In this document: in pieces, positions 52,680-63,593 of the stretch
Numbering within the stretch: the first letter of the stretch is position 1
Layout: each line of letters opens with the position of its first letter
From: an uncultured Acidobacteriota bacterium
GTDB lineage: Bacteria; Acidobacteriota; JAQAZP01
DNA: 64,000 nucleotides
Assembly: GCA_963836075.1 (NCBI GenBank)
Contig: CAWIIB010000001.1
Coordinates: forward strand, 608,001 to 672,000
Reading direction: 5' to 3'
Notes under the pieces: model-generated
Told to the model about the DNA's origin: nothing
Seen by the model: the letters and a program-made list of their open reading frames with translations, nothing else
Database searches by the model: none
Made by a program: the position numbers and the translations under genes

Positions 52680-54986
52680 ATGACCACCGACAGAACCCGC
52701 AAGCCCGCTTCCGGGAGCCCTGTTCTCGCTCTCTGCGGCATCCTTCTTTTTTTCGCCGCCCTGCCGGCGGCAGCCGCAACGGTGCCCGACGATTTCGATG
52801 ACAGCCTGATCATCAACGGCCTGAGCCTGCCGGTGGGCTTCACCTTTCTCCCCGATGGCCGGATCGTGTTTATTGAACAGGTGACGGCCAACATCCGGCT
52901 GCTGGTCAACGGCGCCATCGGCTCCATCGACCCGCTGGTCACCGTCCCGTCGGTCTACACCAGCGGGAACGAAAGGGGCCTGCTGGGGATCGACGTGGAC
53001 CCCGACTGGCCCAGCCGGCCCTACATCTACATCTATTACAGCCACCAGGGAACCAACACCAACTACATCTCGATGTACACGGTCACCGGCGACCTGAGCG
53101 ACCCGAACAGCGGCAACCTGCAGATCTCCCCGTCCAGCCGCTATGACATCATCACCGATATTCCGGACAACGCCTTCAACCACAATGGCGGCACGGTCCG
53201 TTTCGGCACCGACGGCATGCTCTACGCCAGCATGGGGGACGACGCCACCCAGTGCACGGCCCAGGAAACCGACGACCTGCGGGGCGTTATCCTGCGCCTC
53301 GATATCTCGGCCATGCCGGGCACCGGCTCCGGGCCGCCGCCCAAGGCCGACATCACCCCCGCGGACAACCCCTTCTCCGGTGACCCCAACACCAACCTGG
53401 TCTTCTGCTACGGCCTGCGCAACCCGTTCCGCTTCAACGTGGACCGGGTCAGCGGCGACCTCTACATCGGCGACGTGGGCCTGGGAAATTACGAGGAGGT
53501 GGACCTGGCCACGGGCGGCGAGAACTTCGGCTGGCCCTTCCGCGAGGGCCCGATGATCCGCACCCCCAGCGGCTGCGACGAGCCCGGCGGCCCCGGGGGA
53601 ACCGACTACGACGACCCGATCCACTACTACGACCGCACGGGGTTCAGCGCCTCCATCATCAGCGCCACCTACTACCGCCCGGAGAGTTACCCCACGGACA
53701 GCAGTTTCCCCCCGGAGTACAACGGCGACTGCTTCTACGTGGAGTACTACCAGGGCTGGATGGTGCGCATCGAGAACAGCGGCAGCGGCTGGCAAAAGGC
53801 CGACCCGGTGGCCGGACAGCCCGACGACGACCACTGGGCCACCGGCCTGGTGGGCGCGGCCGATTTCCAGATAGGCCCTGACGGCGCCATCTACTATTGC
53901 ATTCAGTACGGCGATGGCGGAGCCGGCACCGGCGGCTCGTTACGCCGTATCGCCTACACCGGCACGGCCCAACCCCAGCCCCGCATCGTCACCGGCCCCG
54001 GACCGGCCGAGGCCAACGACTGCCTGGTGCGGGTCTTCGACCCAACGAGCACCGGGTCGTCGCTGAACCAGTGGCCGGCCTACGGCGTGCCCAAGTACGG
54101 GGTCAACGTGGCCACCGGTGACCTGGACAGCGACGGCCTTGTCGAAGTGCTCACCGGCGCCGGTCCCGGCGCGGTCTTCGGGCCCCACGTCCGCGGGTTC
54201 ACCCTCGACGGGACGCCGGTCGCCGGGGTCAACTTCCTGGCCTACGGCACCAACAAATACGGGGTCAACGTGGCCGCCGGCGACCTGGACAATGACGGCT
54301 ACGACGAGATCCTCACCGGCGCCGGCCCCGGCGCGGTCTTCGGGCCCCACGTGCGCGGCTGGAACGTGGACGGCGGATCGGCCAGTTCCATCTCGGGAAT
54401 CAACTACTTCGCCTACGGCACCCCCAAATGGGGCGTCAACGTCGCCGCCGGCGACATCGACGGCGACGGCTACGACGAGATCATCTCCGGCGCCGGGCCC
54501 GGCGCGGTGTACGGGCCCCACGTGCGCGGCTGGAACCATGACGGCGGGCCGTCCACCTCGTCGATCCCCGGGGTGAGCTTCTTTGCCTACGGCACCCTGA
54601 AGTTCGGGGTCAACGTGGCCTGCGGCGACTTCGACGGCGACGGCATCGACGAAATCGTCACCGGCGCCGGGCCGGGCGTGGTCTTCGGCTCCCACGTGCG
54701 GGGCTGGAACTACGACGGCGGGCCGCTGACCCCGGTGAGCGGTGTCAGCTTCTTCGCCTACACCGGTTCGCTCTACGGGGTGCATACGGCGCTGCTGGAC
54801 CTGGACGGCGACGGCTACGACGAACTGCTCACCGTCCCCGGGCCCGATCCCGGCTGGCCGGCCCAGGTCAAGGCCTGGAACATCGACGGCGGAACGGCCA
54901 CGGCCATCAGCGGTATCGATTTCGACGCCTACTCCGACAGTTCGCTGATGCACGGCGGCACCGTGGCCGGCGGTATCGGGTACTAG
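52680..54986 (+). CDS. Secreted PQQ-dependent sugar dehydrogenase-like protein plus FG-GAP-like propeller (paralog 2)
   Basis: ERGLL, HNGG, GLRNPFR, NFGWP; tandem duplicate of the 50176 gene. Confidence 0.87.
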   Translation: MTTDRTRKPASGSPVLALCGILLFFAALPAAAATVPDDFDDSLIINGLSLPVGFTFLPDGRIVFIEQVTANIRLLVNGAIGSIDPLVTVPSVYTSGNERGLLGIDVDPDWPSRPYIYIYYSHQGTNTNYISMYTVTGDLSDPNSGNLQISPSSRYDIITDIPDNAFNHNGGTVRFGTDGMLYASMGDDATQCTAQETDDLRGVILRLDISAMPGTGSGPPPKADITPADNPFSGDPNTNLVFCYGLRNPFRFNVDRVSGDLYIGDVGLGNYEEVDLATGGENFGWPFREGPMIRTPSGCDEPGGPGGTDYDDPIHYYDRTGFSASIISATYYRPESYPTDSSFPPEYNGDCFYVEYYQGWMVRIENSGSGWQKADPVAGQPDDDHWATGLVGAADFQIGPDGAIYYCIQYGDGGAGTGGSLRRIAYTGTAQPQPRIVTGPGPAEANDCLVRVFDPTSTGSSLNQWPAYGVPKYGVNVATGDLDSDGLVEVLTGAGPGAVFGPHVRGFTLDGTPVAGVNFLAYGTNKYGVNVAAGDLDNDGYDEILTGAGPGAVFGPHVRGWNVDGGSASSISGINYFAYGTPKWGVNVAAGDIDGDGYDEIISGAGPGAVYGPHVRGWNHDGGPSTSSIPGVSFFAYGTLKFGVNVACGDFDGDGIDEIVTGAGPGVVFGSHVRGWNYDGGPLTPVSGVSFFAYTGSLYGVHTALLDLDGDGYDELLTVPGPDPGWPAQVKAWNIDGGTATAISGIDFDAYSDSSLMHGGTVAGGIGY

Positions 54987-55012
54987 CCCCTGCCCCGTCG
55001 CAGACTGCTTGT

Positions 55013-55061
55013 AAAAAACAAAGGCCCGGATGACGTGATGTCATCCGGGCCTTTGTTTTTT
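55013..55061. terminator. Bidirectional Rho-independent terminator
   Basis: AAAAAACAAAGGCCCGGATGAC-GTGAT-GTCATCCGGGCCTTTGTTTTTT perfect hairpin. Confidence 0.88.
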
Positions 55062-55098
55062 GACCCGGGAGTTAATTGGGCTTAAAGATTAACCCAGG

Positions 55099-55695
55099 TC
55101 ATCTGCCGACACTCTGTCCCACTGGCACCCCCACCTTCACTTTCTCCAGGAAAAGCCGGTGCACGGGGCTCCCCTCGCTGAGCTCCGGATGGAAACTTCC
55201 CGCCATCACCCCGCCCGATGAGACCAGCACCGGCTCGCCGTCGTACTCGGCCAGCACCTTGACCCCGGGGCCCATACCGACGATCCGCGGCGCACGGATG
55301 AAGACCATCTCCAGCGGTTCGCCGCCGCACAACCGTCCCTGACCGACAAAGCTCTCCACCTGCCGGCCGTAGGAGTTGCGTTCGACGATGATGTCGATCA
55401 GCCCCAGGGACGTCTGGGCCGGCGAGCGGACCTCGGCGGCCAGCAGGATCAGCCCGGCGCAGGTGCCGAAGACGGTGCCGCCACGCCGCACCATTGCGGC
55501 CAGCGGTTCGGCAAAACCGTACTCGTCGATCAGCTTGAGCAGGGTGGTGCTCTCGCCGCCGGGAATGATCAGACCGTCCAGCTCGTCCAGCTCCCGGGGC
55601 CAGCGGATCACCTCCGCTGAAACCCCCAGCTCAGCCAGTTTTTTCACGTGGGCCGCAAAGTCGCCCTGCAGGCCCAGCACACCGATACCGTTCAT
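55099..55695 (-). CDS. pdxT: PLP synthase glutaminase subunit
   Basis: GVLGLQGDF, PGGESTT, GTCAG, FIRAP, FHPE. Confidence 0.95.
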   Translation of the reverse strand: MNGIGVLGLQGDFAAHVKKLAELGVSAEVIRWPRELDELDGLIIPGGESTTLLKLIDEYGFAEPLAAMVRRGGTVFGTCAGLILLAAEVRSPAQTSLGLIDIIVERNSYGRQVESFVGQGRLCGGEPLEMVFIRAPRIVGMGPGVKVLAEYDGEPVLVSSGGVMAGSFHPELSEGSPVHRLFLEKVKVGVPVGQSVGR

Positions 55696-56582
55696 TACCA
55701 TCCCCTGTTCTGCAGCAGCTCCTCCTCCTTGAGCTGCTTGACGTCGATGCCGCGCATCGGCTGGCCCAACCCCTCGGAGACCTGGGCCAGCACCGCCGGG
55801 TCCTGGTAGTGGGTGGCGGCCTTGACGATGGCCCGGGCGCGGCTGGCCGGGTCTTCCGACTTGAAGATGCCCGAACCGACGAAGATGGCCTGGGCCCCCA
55901 GCTGCATCACCAGCGAGGCGTCGGCCGGAGTGGAGATGCCGCCGGCGGAGAAGTTGGGCACCGGCAGTTCGCCCTTCTCGGCCACCAGGCGCACCATCTC
56001 GTAGGGAGCGCCCAGCTCCTTGGCCTTGCTCATCAGCTGCTCCGGGGTAAGGATGGTCAGCTCGCGGATGCCGTTCATGATCTGCCGCATGTGCCGCACC
56101 GCCTCGACGATGTCGCCGGAGCCGGCCTCGCCCTTGGTCCGCATCATCGCCGCGCCCTCGGCGATGCGCCTGAGCGCCTCGCCCAGGTTCCGCGCGCCGC
56201 AGACAAAGGGCACCTTGAAGGCGAACTTGTCCACGTGGTGTGCCTCGTCGGCCGGGGTGAGCACCTCGCTCTCGTCGATGAAGTCGACGCCCAGAGCTTC
56301 GAGGATCTGCGCCTCGGCAAAGTGGCCGATGCGGCACTTGGCCATCACCGGGATGGAGACCGTCTCCATGATCTCCTTGATGATCGTCGGGTCGGACATG
56401 CGGGCCACGCCGCCGTCACGGCGGATGTCGGAGGGCACACGCTCCAGGGCCATCACCGCCACCGCGCCGGCATCCTCGGCGATCCGGGCCTGTTCGGCGT
56501 TGGTCACGTCCATGATCACGCCGCCCTTGAGCATCTCGGCCAGTCCGGTCTTCAGCCTCAGGGTTCCCTTTTCCTCGCTCAT
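55695..56582 (-). CDS. pdxS: PLP synthase lyase subunit
   Basis: [38 protein letters not shown]. Confidence 0.97.
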   Translation of the reverse strand: MSEEKGTLRLKTGLAEMLKGGVIMDVTNAEQARIAEDAGAVAVMALERVPSDIRRDGGVARMSDPTIIKEIMETVSIPVMAKCRIGHFAEAQILEALGVDFIDESEVLTPADEAHHVDKFAFKVPFVCGARNLGEALRRIAEGAAMMRTKGEAGSGDIVEAVRHMRQIMNGIRELTILTPEQLMSKAKELGAPYEMVRLVAEKGELPVPNFSAGGISTPADASLVMQLGAQAIFVGSGIFKSEDPASRARAIVKAATHYQDPAVLAQVSEGLGQPMRGIDVKQLKEEELLQNRGW

Positions 56583-56609
56583 CGTCCGCTCCTTTCCTCT
56601 GCGTATGTT

Positions 56610-58123
56610 TCAGATCCAGACGTCTTTGGTTTTCCGTTGTTCAGCCGGCTCGGGCCGCCGGCGGAGGTTTTTCCTGATGATCCGGCCCAGGGTGGCGATA
56701 CCCTCGGCGATGCGCCGCTCCGACTCGCGGATAAAGGTCAGGCGGAAGGCATTCTCGCCCCCGCGGTCGGGGTGGAAGAGCACCCCGGGCGAGAACCGCA
56801 CCCCGGCGTCCCGGCTTTCCTGGTGAATGCGCAACACGTCGGTGCCCTCGGGCAGGGTGACCCAGACCGACATGCCGCCCCGCGGCCGGGTCCAGTCAAC
56901 GCGTCGGGGAAAGTGGCTTTCCAGGGCTTTCAGCAGGGTCTCCAGCCGCTTGCCGTTGACCAGCTGCATTTTTTCAAGGTGGCGGTCGAGGTGCCCCTCG
57001 CGGCAGAACTCCAGCATGGCCTGCTGCAGGATCATCGGGGTGCCCAGGTCGGTGTAGCCCCTGATCTCGCTGACCTTCTCCCGCACCGCATCGGGCAGCA
57101 CCATCCAGCCCAGACGGATACCGGGGAAGAGCACCTTGGAGAAGGTGCCCAGCAGGATCACCTCTTCCCCGCCCTCCATCCCGCGCAGCGGCGCCGGCTC
57201 TTCTCCGTCATACATCATGCCGGCGTTGAAGTCGTCCTCCACCACCGGCACCCGCGCCTCCCGCGACCAGCGCAGCAGTTCCTGCCGCCGCTTCTGCGGC
57301 AGGGTGGCTCCGGTGGGGTTCTGGTGATTCGACATCACGTAGAGGAACTTGGCCCGCTCGGCCCCCGAGACGGCGGGCAACGCTGCGGTGTCCAATCCGT
57401 GGTGATCCACCGGCAGCGGAAGGATCGTGGCGTCGAACAGCTGGAAGGAACGGTAGGCGTTGGGATAGCCGGGAAGCCCCATCAACACCAGGTCGTCCGG
57501 CTCCAGCAGCAGCTTGCCCACCAGGTCCAGCCCCTGCTGGATCCCGCTGACGATGACGATGTTCTCCGGCCGCACCGTTATCCCCCGCTCCCCGCAACGC
57601 TGGGCAAGATACTGGCGCAGCGGCGGGTAGCCCTCGGCCGGTCCGTAGGAGAGCAAATCCCCCTGGTCCCGGTTCCAGACCCGCTGCAGGCAGTCCTGAA
57701 AGTCCTGCGCGGGGTAGAACTCCGGCGAGGGGATGGCGCTCTCGAAGTTGATCGCCCCCTCGAACCGCTCCCCCATGCCCAGTTCGTCGCCGTCGGTGCC
57801 GGCATGGCGGGTGGCCCGCCGGGCCAGCAGCCGCTCCCAGGGCAGTTGGAAGGCCAGCGATTCTCCGGCACCCGTGGTTTCGCGGGCCGGGCCCACAAAG
57901 GTGCCCGCGCCCACCCGGCTGCGCACCAGGCCCAGCTTCTGCAACTCGGCATAGGCCGCGGCCACCGTGTTGCGGTTCAGGCCCAGTTCATCGGCCAGCT
58001 GCCGCGATGGGGGAAGACGGAACCCTTCGGCCAGTTTCCGCTCTCCACGGCCTCGCTGATCCGGGCCACCAGCTGCTCCCGGATGCTCACCGGCGAGGAT
58101 TGGTCTATATCCAGCTGAAGCAC
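56610..58123 (-). CDS. MocR/GabR-family PLP-dependent regulator, PdxR-like (frameshift near 58036)
   Basis: GntR HTH RLPPSRQLADELG plus aminotransferase domain GTFSK...RLGW; the true N-terminus MLQLDIDQSSPVSIREQL (GTG 58123) is in another frame. Confidence 0.85.
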
Positions 58124-58141
58124 TTCTCTCTCCACAAGATG

Positions 58142-58219
58142 CAATCAAGCCAATCGATAGGACAATCCGCACAATTATACCATTAACACGCGAGACAAGC
58201 AACAGACAATCAAGACAAT
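58142..58219 (-). promoter_or_regulatory. Promoter with three CAAT-N5-CAAT repeat pairs
   Basis: Minus strand TTGCTT-N17-TATAAT with extended TG (58174-58202); CAAT at 58142/58151, 58163/58172 and 58207/58216. Confidence 0.65.
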
Positions 58220-58363
58220 TCAGTGGGAATCGACATTTCCATTGGAAAACAGCCTTGTCGTTTCATGTACAATGAATTAACTTGATATGACAGCCAGGCC
58301 GGGAACGAAGCGTCACCCGTCCCCGAAGCCAATTTTCATCATTTGAATCCGGGGAGAACGTCG

Positions 58364-61300
58364 ATGCGGAACAGTGTCGCCGCGAAGCGCCGTACATTCC
58401 TGCCGGGCCGGGTGCTGTTCCTGGCCCTGGCGCTGGTCTTCTCTTCTGCCGGCAATGCCGCGGCCGCCACCATCATCGTTGACTGGACCGGCGCCGGGGA
58501 CTACCTCACCGTCCAGGAGGGTCTCGAGGCAGCAGTGAATGGCGACACCGTCCGGGTCCGGTCCGGCACCTATACGCTGCCCGTCGGAACCCATCTCGAT
58601 TTCGACGGCAAGGCCGTGCGGCTCACCTCGGTAAGCGGGCCCGAGAGCACCATCATCGAGGGGCCGGAACCCTACGACTTCTGTGTTCGCTTCGAATCGG
58701 GCGAAGCGCCCTTCACCAGGCTGAACGGCTTCACCCTCGACGGGATCCTGGTCCGGATCCACGGCCAGTGCATCACCGACCATTTCGAGACAACATTTTT
58801 CTGCGGAAGGGCATTGAATGCGGGAGCGGGTCCCCGGTGATCACCGGCAACCGGTTTCCAGACCAGTGAGGACGACTATGCCGTCTACCTGGGTTCGGCT
58901 TCGAGCGACGGTCTCCGGGCGGTCATCGAAAACAACCATTTCAGCGGCGACGGAAGTGGTCAAGGAATCTACTACTCCAGCAGATGATCCCGATACCGGT
59001 TCCATCATCCGCGGCAATGTGATCACCGGATTCGACCACCGGCGTATACAGCGCCTGCAACCGGAAGATACCTCGATACGGCTCCGCTGATCGAGAACAA
59101 CCTGATCTATGGCAATGAACTGGGTATCAACACCCGACCGAGCCATCCTGGCCGGGAACACCATCGTCTTCAACCGAGAACCCAGCTGGATACGCCGGCA
59201 TCCACGTCGCCAGCGGAAACGACGCCTGATCATGCGGGACTGCATCGTCTGGGGAAATCGATCCTTCTGGGACGCCCAGATCTACAACGACCTCTCATTC
59301 GGCATCGAAGTATCCCACTCGCTGATCGAGGGCGGCCGCGACGGCATCAAGCGGCACGGATCCGGTCACCTGGGGCACTGGCAACCTGGATGCCGATCCG
59401 CTCTTTCTCAATGGGCCTGCCGGGCCCTGCTACCTGAGCCAGGTCGCCGCCGGACAGGCCGCCGACAGCCCCTGCCTGGATGCCGGCAGCCGACCGGCAA
59501 CCACCGGCGAGGGGACAACCCGCACCGACCAGGCCGACGACACCGGCACCCTCGATATCGGTTACCACCAGCAGGAGATCCCCGGCCTCTTCATCTGCCA
59601 CGACCTGCCCGAGAACCACGTCCATGCCATGGAGGGCGGCGAGCAATCCCGTGGTGCCGCGCTGGGCATCTGGCAGGGCGGCGAGGGGATTCTGCTCTGG
59701 ACCGTGTCCGATGATGCCGGCTGGCTCGAATCTCTCACCCGCCTCCGGCACGTCCACGGTGAAATCGACGAGGTGCAGGTCCTGGTGGACACCGCCGGCC
59801 TGGCCCTCGGCGACCACCATGCCGTGATCACCATCGACGCCCCGGCGGCGGCCAACGGCCCGGTGAGCATCCCGCTGACCCTGACCATCAACCGCACCTG
59901 GGTGGTGGACCAGGCTGGCGGCGGTGAACTTCACCACCATCCAGGAGGGTCTCGACGCTGCCGTCGACTATGACGTGGTCCTGGTGCGGCCCGGCACATA
60001 CACCGGCGACGGAAACCGCGACCTCGACTTCGGCGGCAAGGAGCTGACACTGATCTCGGAGGGGGACCGGCGCTGACCATCATCGACGCCGAGGGCGAGA
60101 TTCGACGAGCACCACCGCTGTTTCAACTTCCAGGGCCAGGAGGGGCCCGGCGCCATGGTCCAGGGGTTCACCATCCGAGGGCGGGTTGGCCGAGGAGGGC
60201 GGCGGGATCCACTGCGGCTACCGTCTGCTCCCCCACGATCCGCGGGAAACATCATCATCCGGGAACAGCGCGGAACAGGCAACGGCGGGGGGATCTACCT
60301 CGCCTCCTACAGCCTGTCGCCGATCGAGGACAATGTGATCGCCGAAAACCAGGTCGTCGGCGGCGCCACCAGCTACTACGGCGGTGGCGAGGCATCTGCG
60401 CCCCTCTGCCCGCCGATGATCCGCGGCAACCGGGTCACCGGCAACAGTTCCGTCAGGCTATGGCGGCGGCATCTACTGCTACCTCCCGCCGGAGCGGCCT
60501 GCGAGAACAACCTCATCGCCGGCAACAGCGCGGCATCGCGGCGGTGGCGGTCTCTTTTTCAGGAACCAGGCCAACGCGGAGATCCGCAACTGCACCATCG
60601 TCGGCAACCACGCCGCCGAGGGCGGCGGATTCTACGCCCCCAACTGCAACGACGCCCACCACCCTCACCAACTGCATTCTCTGGGGCAACCAGGCCCTGG
60701 GCGAGGGCGACCAGGGCTTCACCTGGCCGCCGATGACCGTCCGGTACAGCGACGTCCAGGGGGGCGAGGCCGGCATCGACGGGGGGACGGCCCGGTGACC
60801 TGGGGTGACGGGAACTCGATGCCGACCCGCAGTTCGCCACCCTCTGCGATTACGGCAATTTCCTCTCCCAGACGGCCGCCGGCCAGCCCGCGGAGAGCCC
60901 CTGCGTGGATGCCGGCGATCCCTGCTGCCCCGCCCATGGACCGCACCACCCGCACCGATTTCGTCACTGACGCCAGCTTCGGTGGACATGGGTTTCCACT
61001 ACCAGGCCCTCACCGAACCCCGGCTGCTGCTCTCCCCTGATGAGCTCGACTTCCGGGCCATCGCCGGGGACGAAGACCCGGTACCGCAGGTGATCGCAGC
61101 TGGCCAACGGCGGGCCGGTCCGATGGGATGGACCGCCTCATCCAGCGCGGGCTGGCTGCTGCTGGACACCACATCCGGCAGTTGCCAGAGCGGTGAAACC
61201 GTTGCCATCACGGCCTCGACCATTATCACCGGCCTTGATCGCGGCGTTTACGAGGCCGAGCATCCTCATCGAGGCGCCCGGTGCGTCCGCTGCGCCGCGG

Positions 61301-63590
61301 ATCATCCCGGTATCCCTCTCTCTCGGCGGCACCTTCACCGTGGTCCCCGGAGGCGGCGGTGATTTCGACACCCTCCGGGATGCGCTGGACAACGCCGTCC
61401 ACGGCGACACCATCCTGGTGGCCGCGGGCACATACAGCGGCCCCGAGAACAGGGACCTCGACTTCGGTGGCATCGACGTGTCACTGGTCTCGATCGACGG
61501 TCCGGAGAAGACGATCATCGACTGCCAGGGCGACGGGCGGGCGTTCCACTTCCAGGGCGGCGAGAGCCGGGCAGCCACGGTGTCCGGCTTCACCATCACC
61601 GACGGTTCGGCCAAGAACGGCGGTGGGGCGATGCTCTTCGCGGTGCCGCCTCCCCGACGGTCACCAACTGCCGCTTCGTGGCCAACGCGGCCCAGATATC
61701 CGGGGGCGCGGCGTTTAGTGCCGGCACGATTCCTCCCCGCTCTTCCTCCGCAAAACCTTCCGCGAAAACCAGGCGGTGGAACGGGGCGGCGGAATGAACG
61801 TCATCGCATTTCAGTTCCGCCGAGCTTGTGGAAAACACGTTCGAGAGCAATGCACCGTGGAATATGGCGGTGGGATCTATGTCAGTTCCGACACGCCGGT
61901 CGTCATCCGCGGCAACAGCTTCGAAGGGAACAGCTGCACCGACCAGTGGAACAGCAGTCTTCGGGGGCGGGGTCTGCGTCGTCTGGCAGACCCTGGAGGA
62001 CAACATCTTCACCGGCAACATGGGCCCACCACGGCGGCGGGCTCTGGGGCTACCACTGCGAGTTGATCAACAACCTCTTCACCGGCAACCACGCGCTGCA
62101 AAAGGGCGGCGGGGCCTTCTTCGAGACGGCGGGGTGGTCCTGTCCACCACCATCGCCGGGAACACCGCCGGCACCCGGGGCGGCGGCCTCTTCCTCGCCC
62201 AGACCGGGACCTGCCGGATCAGCAACAGCATCCTCTGGGGCAACCAGTCGCTTTACGACCATGAGATCTGTCTCGGTTTTCCGGAGGACACCACGCTGAC
62301 CTTCGATTATTCCGACGTCGAGACGACCGGCGACTGGATCAGCGACGACGCCGATTTGACCTGGGGCAAGGGGAACCTGGAGACGGACCCGCTCTTTGTG
62401 CAGGGCCAGCTGGGCAGCCACCTGCTGAGCCAGGCGGCCGCCGGGCAAAGCGTCACCAGCCCCTGCGTAAACGCCGGTAACCCGATGAGCGAATGATTGA
62501 CGGCACCACCCGCACCGACGGTGTTCCTGACGCCGGCATCCTCGACATCGGCTTTCACCACCCGGCCGGCACACCGCCGCCACCATACAGCGCGCTGATC
62601 ACCGGCCCCGGGCCGGCACCGGCAACCCGCCGCTGGTGCGGGTCTTCCCGGCGGAACAGGACGCCTCCTACGATTATGAATTCCCGGCATACGGCGCCAC
62701 CGAATACGGCGTCAACGTGGCCGCCGGTGATGTGAGCGGAGAATGGTATCGATCCATCCTCACCGGCGCCGGCCCGGGCGAGATCTACGGTCCCCACGTG
62801 CGGGGCTTCCGGGTGGACGGCACTCCCCTGCCCGGCCTCAGCTTCATGGCCTACGGCACCAACAAGTATGGGGTCGAACGTGGCTGCCGGCGACTTGGAC
62901 AACGATGGATACGACGAGATCGTCACCGGCGCCGGACCGGGGGCGGTGTTCGGGCCTCACGTGCGCGGCTGGGACTACGACGGCACGCCGGGGGTTGCCC
63001 CGGTGCCCGGCGTATCCTACTTCGCCTACGGCACGCTCAAGTGGGGGGTCAATGTCGCCTGCGGCGACATCGACGGTGACGGCTATGACGAGATCGTCAC
63101 CGGCGCCGGCCCGGGTGCCGTGTTCGGTCCCCACGTGCGGGGCTGGAACGTGGACGGCGGAGCGGCGGCGGCCATACCGGCGGTGAGTTTCATGGCCTAC
63201 GGAACGAACCGGTTCGGTGTCCGCGTCACCTGCGGCGACGTGGACGGCGACGGCATTGACGAGATCGTCACCGGCCCCGGCCCCGGCACGATCTTCGGCA
63301 CCCATATCCGCGGCTGGAACTACGACGGCGGAGTGCTGGCTGAAATCCCGGGGATCAACTTCTTTGCCTGGGCCCACAGCCTGGCCAGCTACGGGGCCAA
63401 CGTCTGGGCCGGCACCGACCTCGACGGCGACGGCCGGGACGAACTGGTGGTGGGCTGCGGGCCCGATCCCGATGTGGGCACGCCGGTCAAGGCCTACCGC
63501 TACGACGGGAAGCAGGTCTCCCAGTGGTTCTCGCTGGAGGCGTTCGAGGGCATGACCCACGGCACCACCGTGGCGGCGGGGCGGTTCTGA
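58364..63590 (+). CDS. Large secreted protein: three beta-helix modules, two BACON-like spacers and a C-terminal FG-GAP-like propeller (heavily frameshifted; error or pseudogene)
   Basis: Signal peptide; caps DYLTVQEGL, FTTIQEGL, FDTLRDAL; three SPC...TTRTD...D(I/M)G(Y/F)H linkers; spacers WTVSDDAGWL and WTASSSAGWL; ends THGTTVAAGRF. Confidence 0.7.
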
Positions 63591-63593
63591 AGT

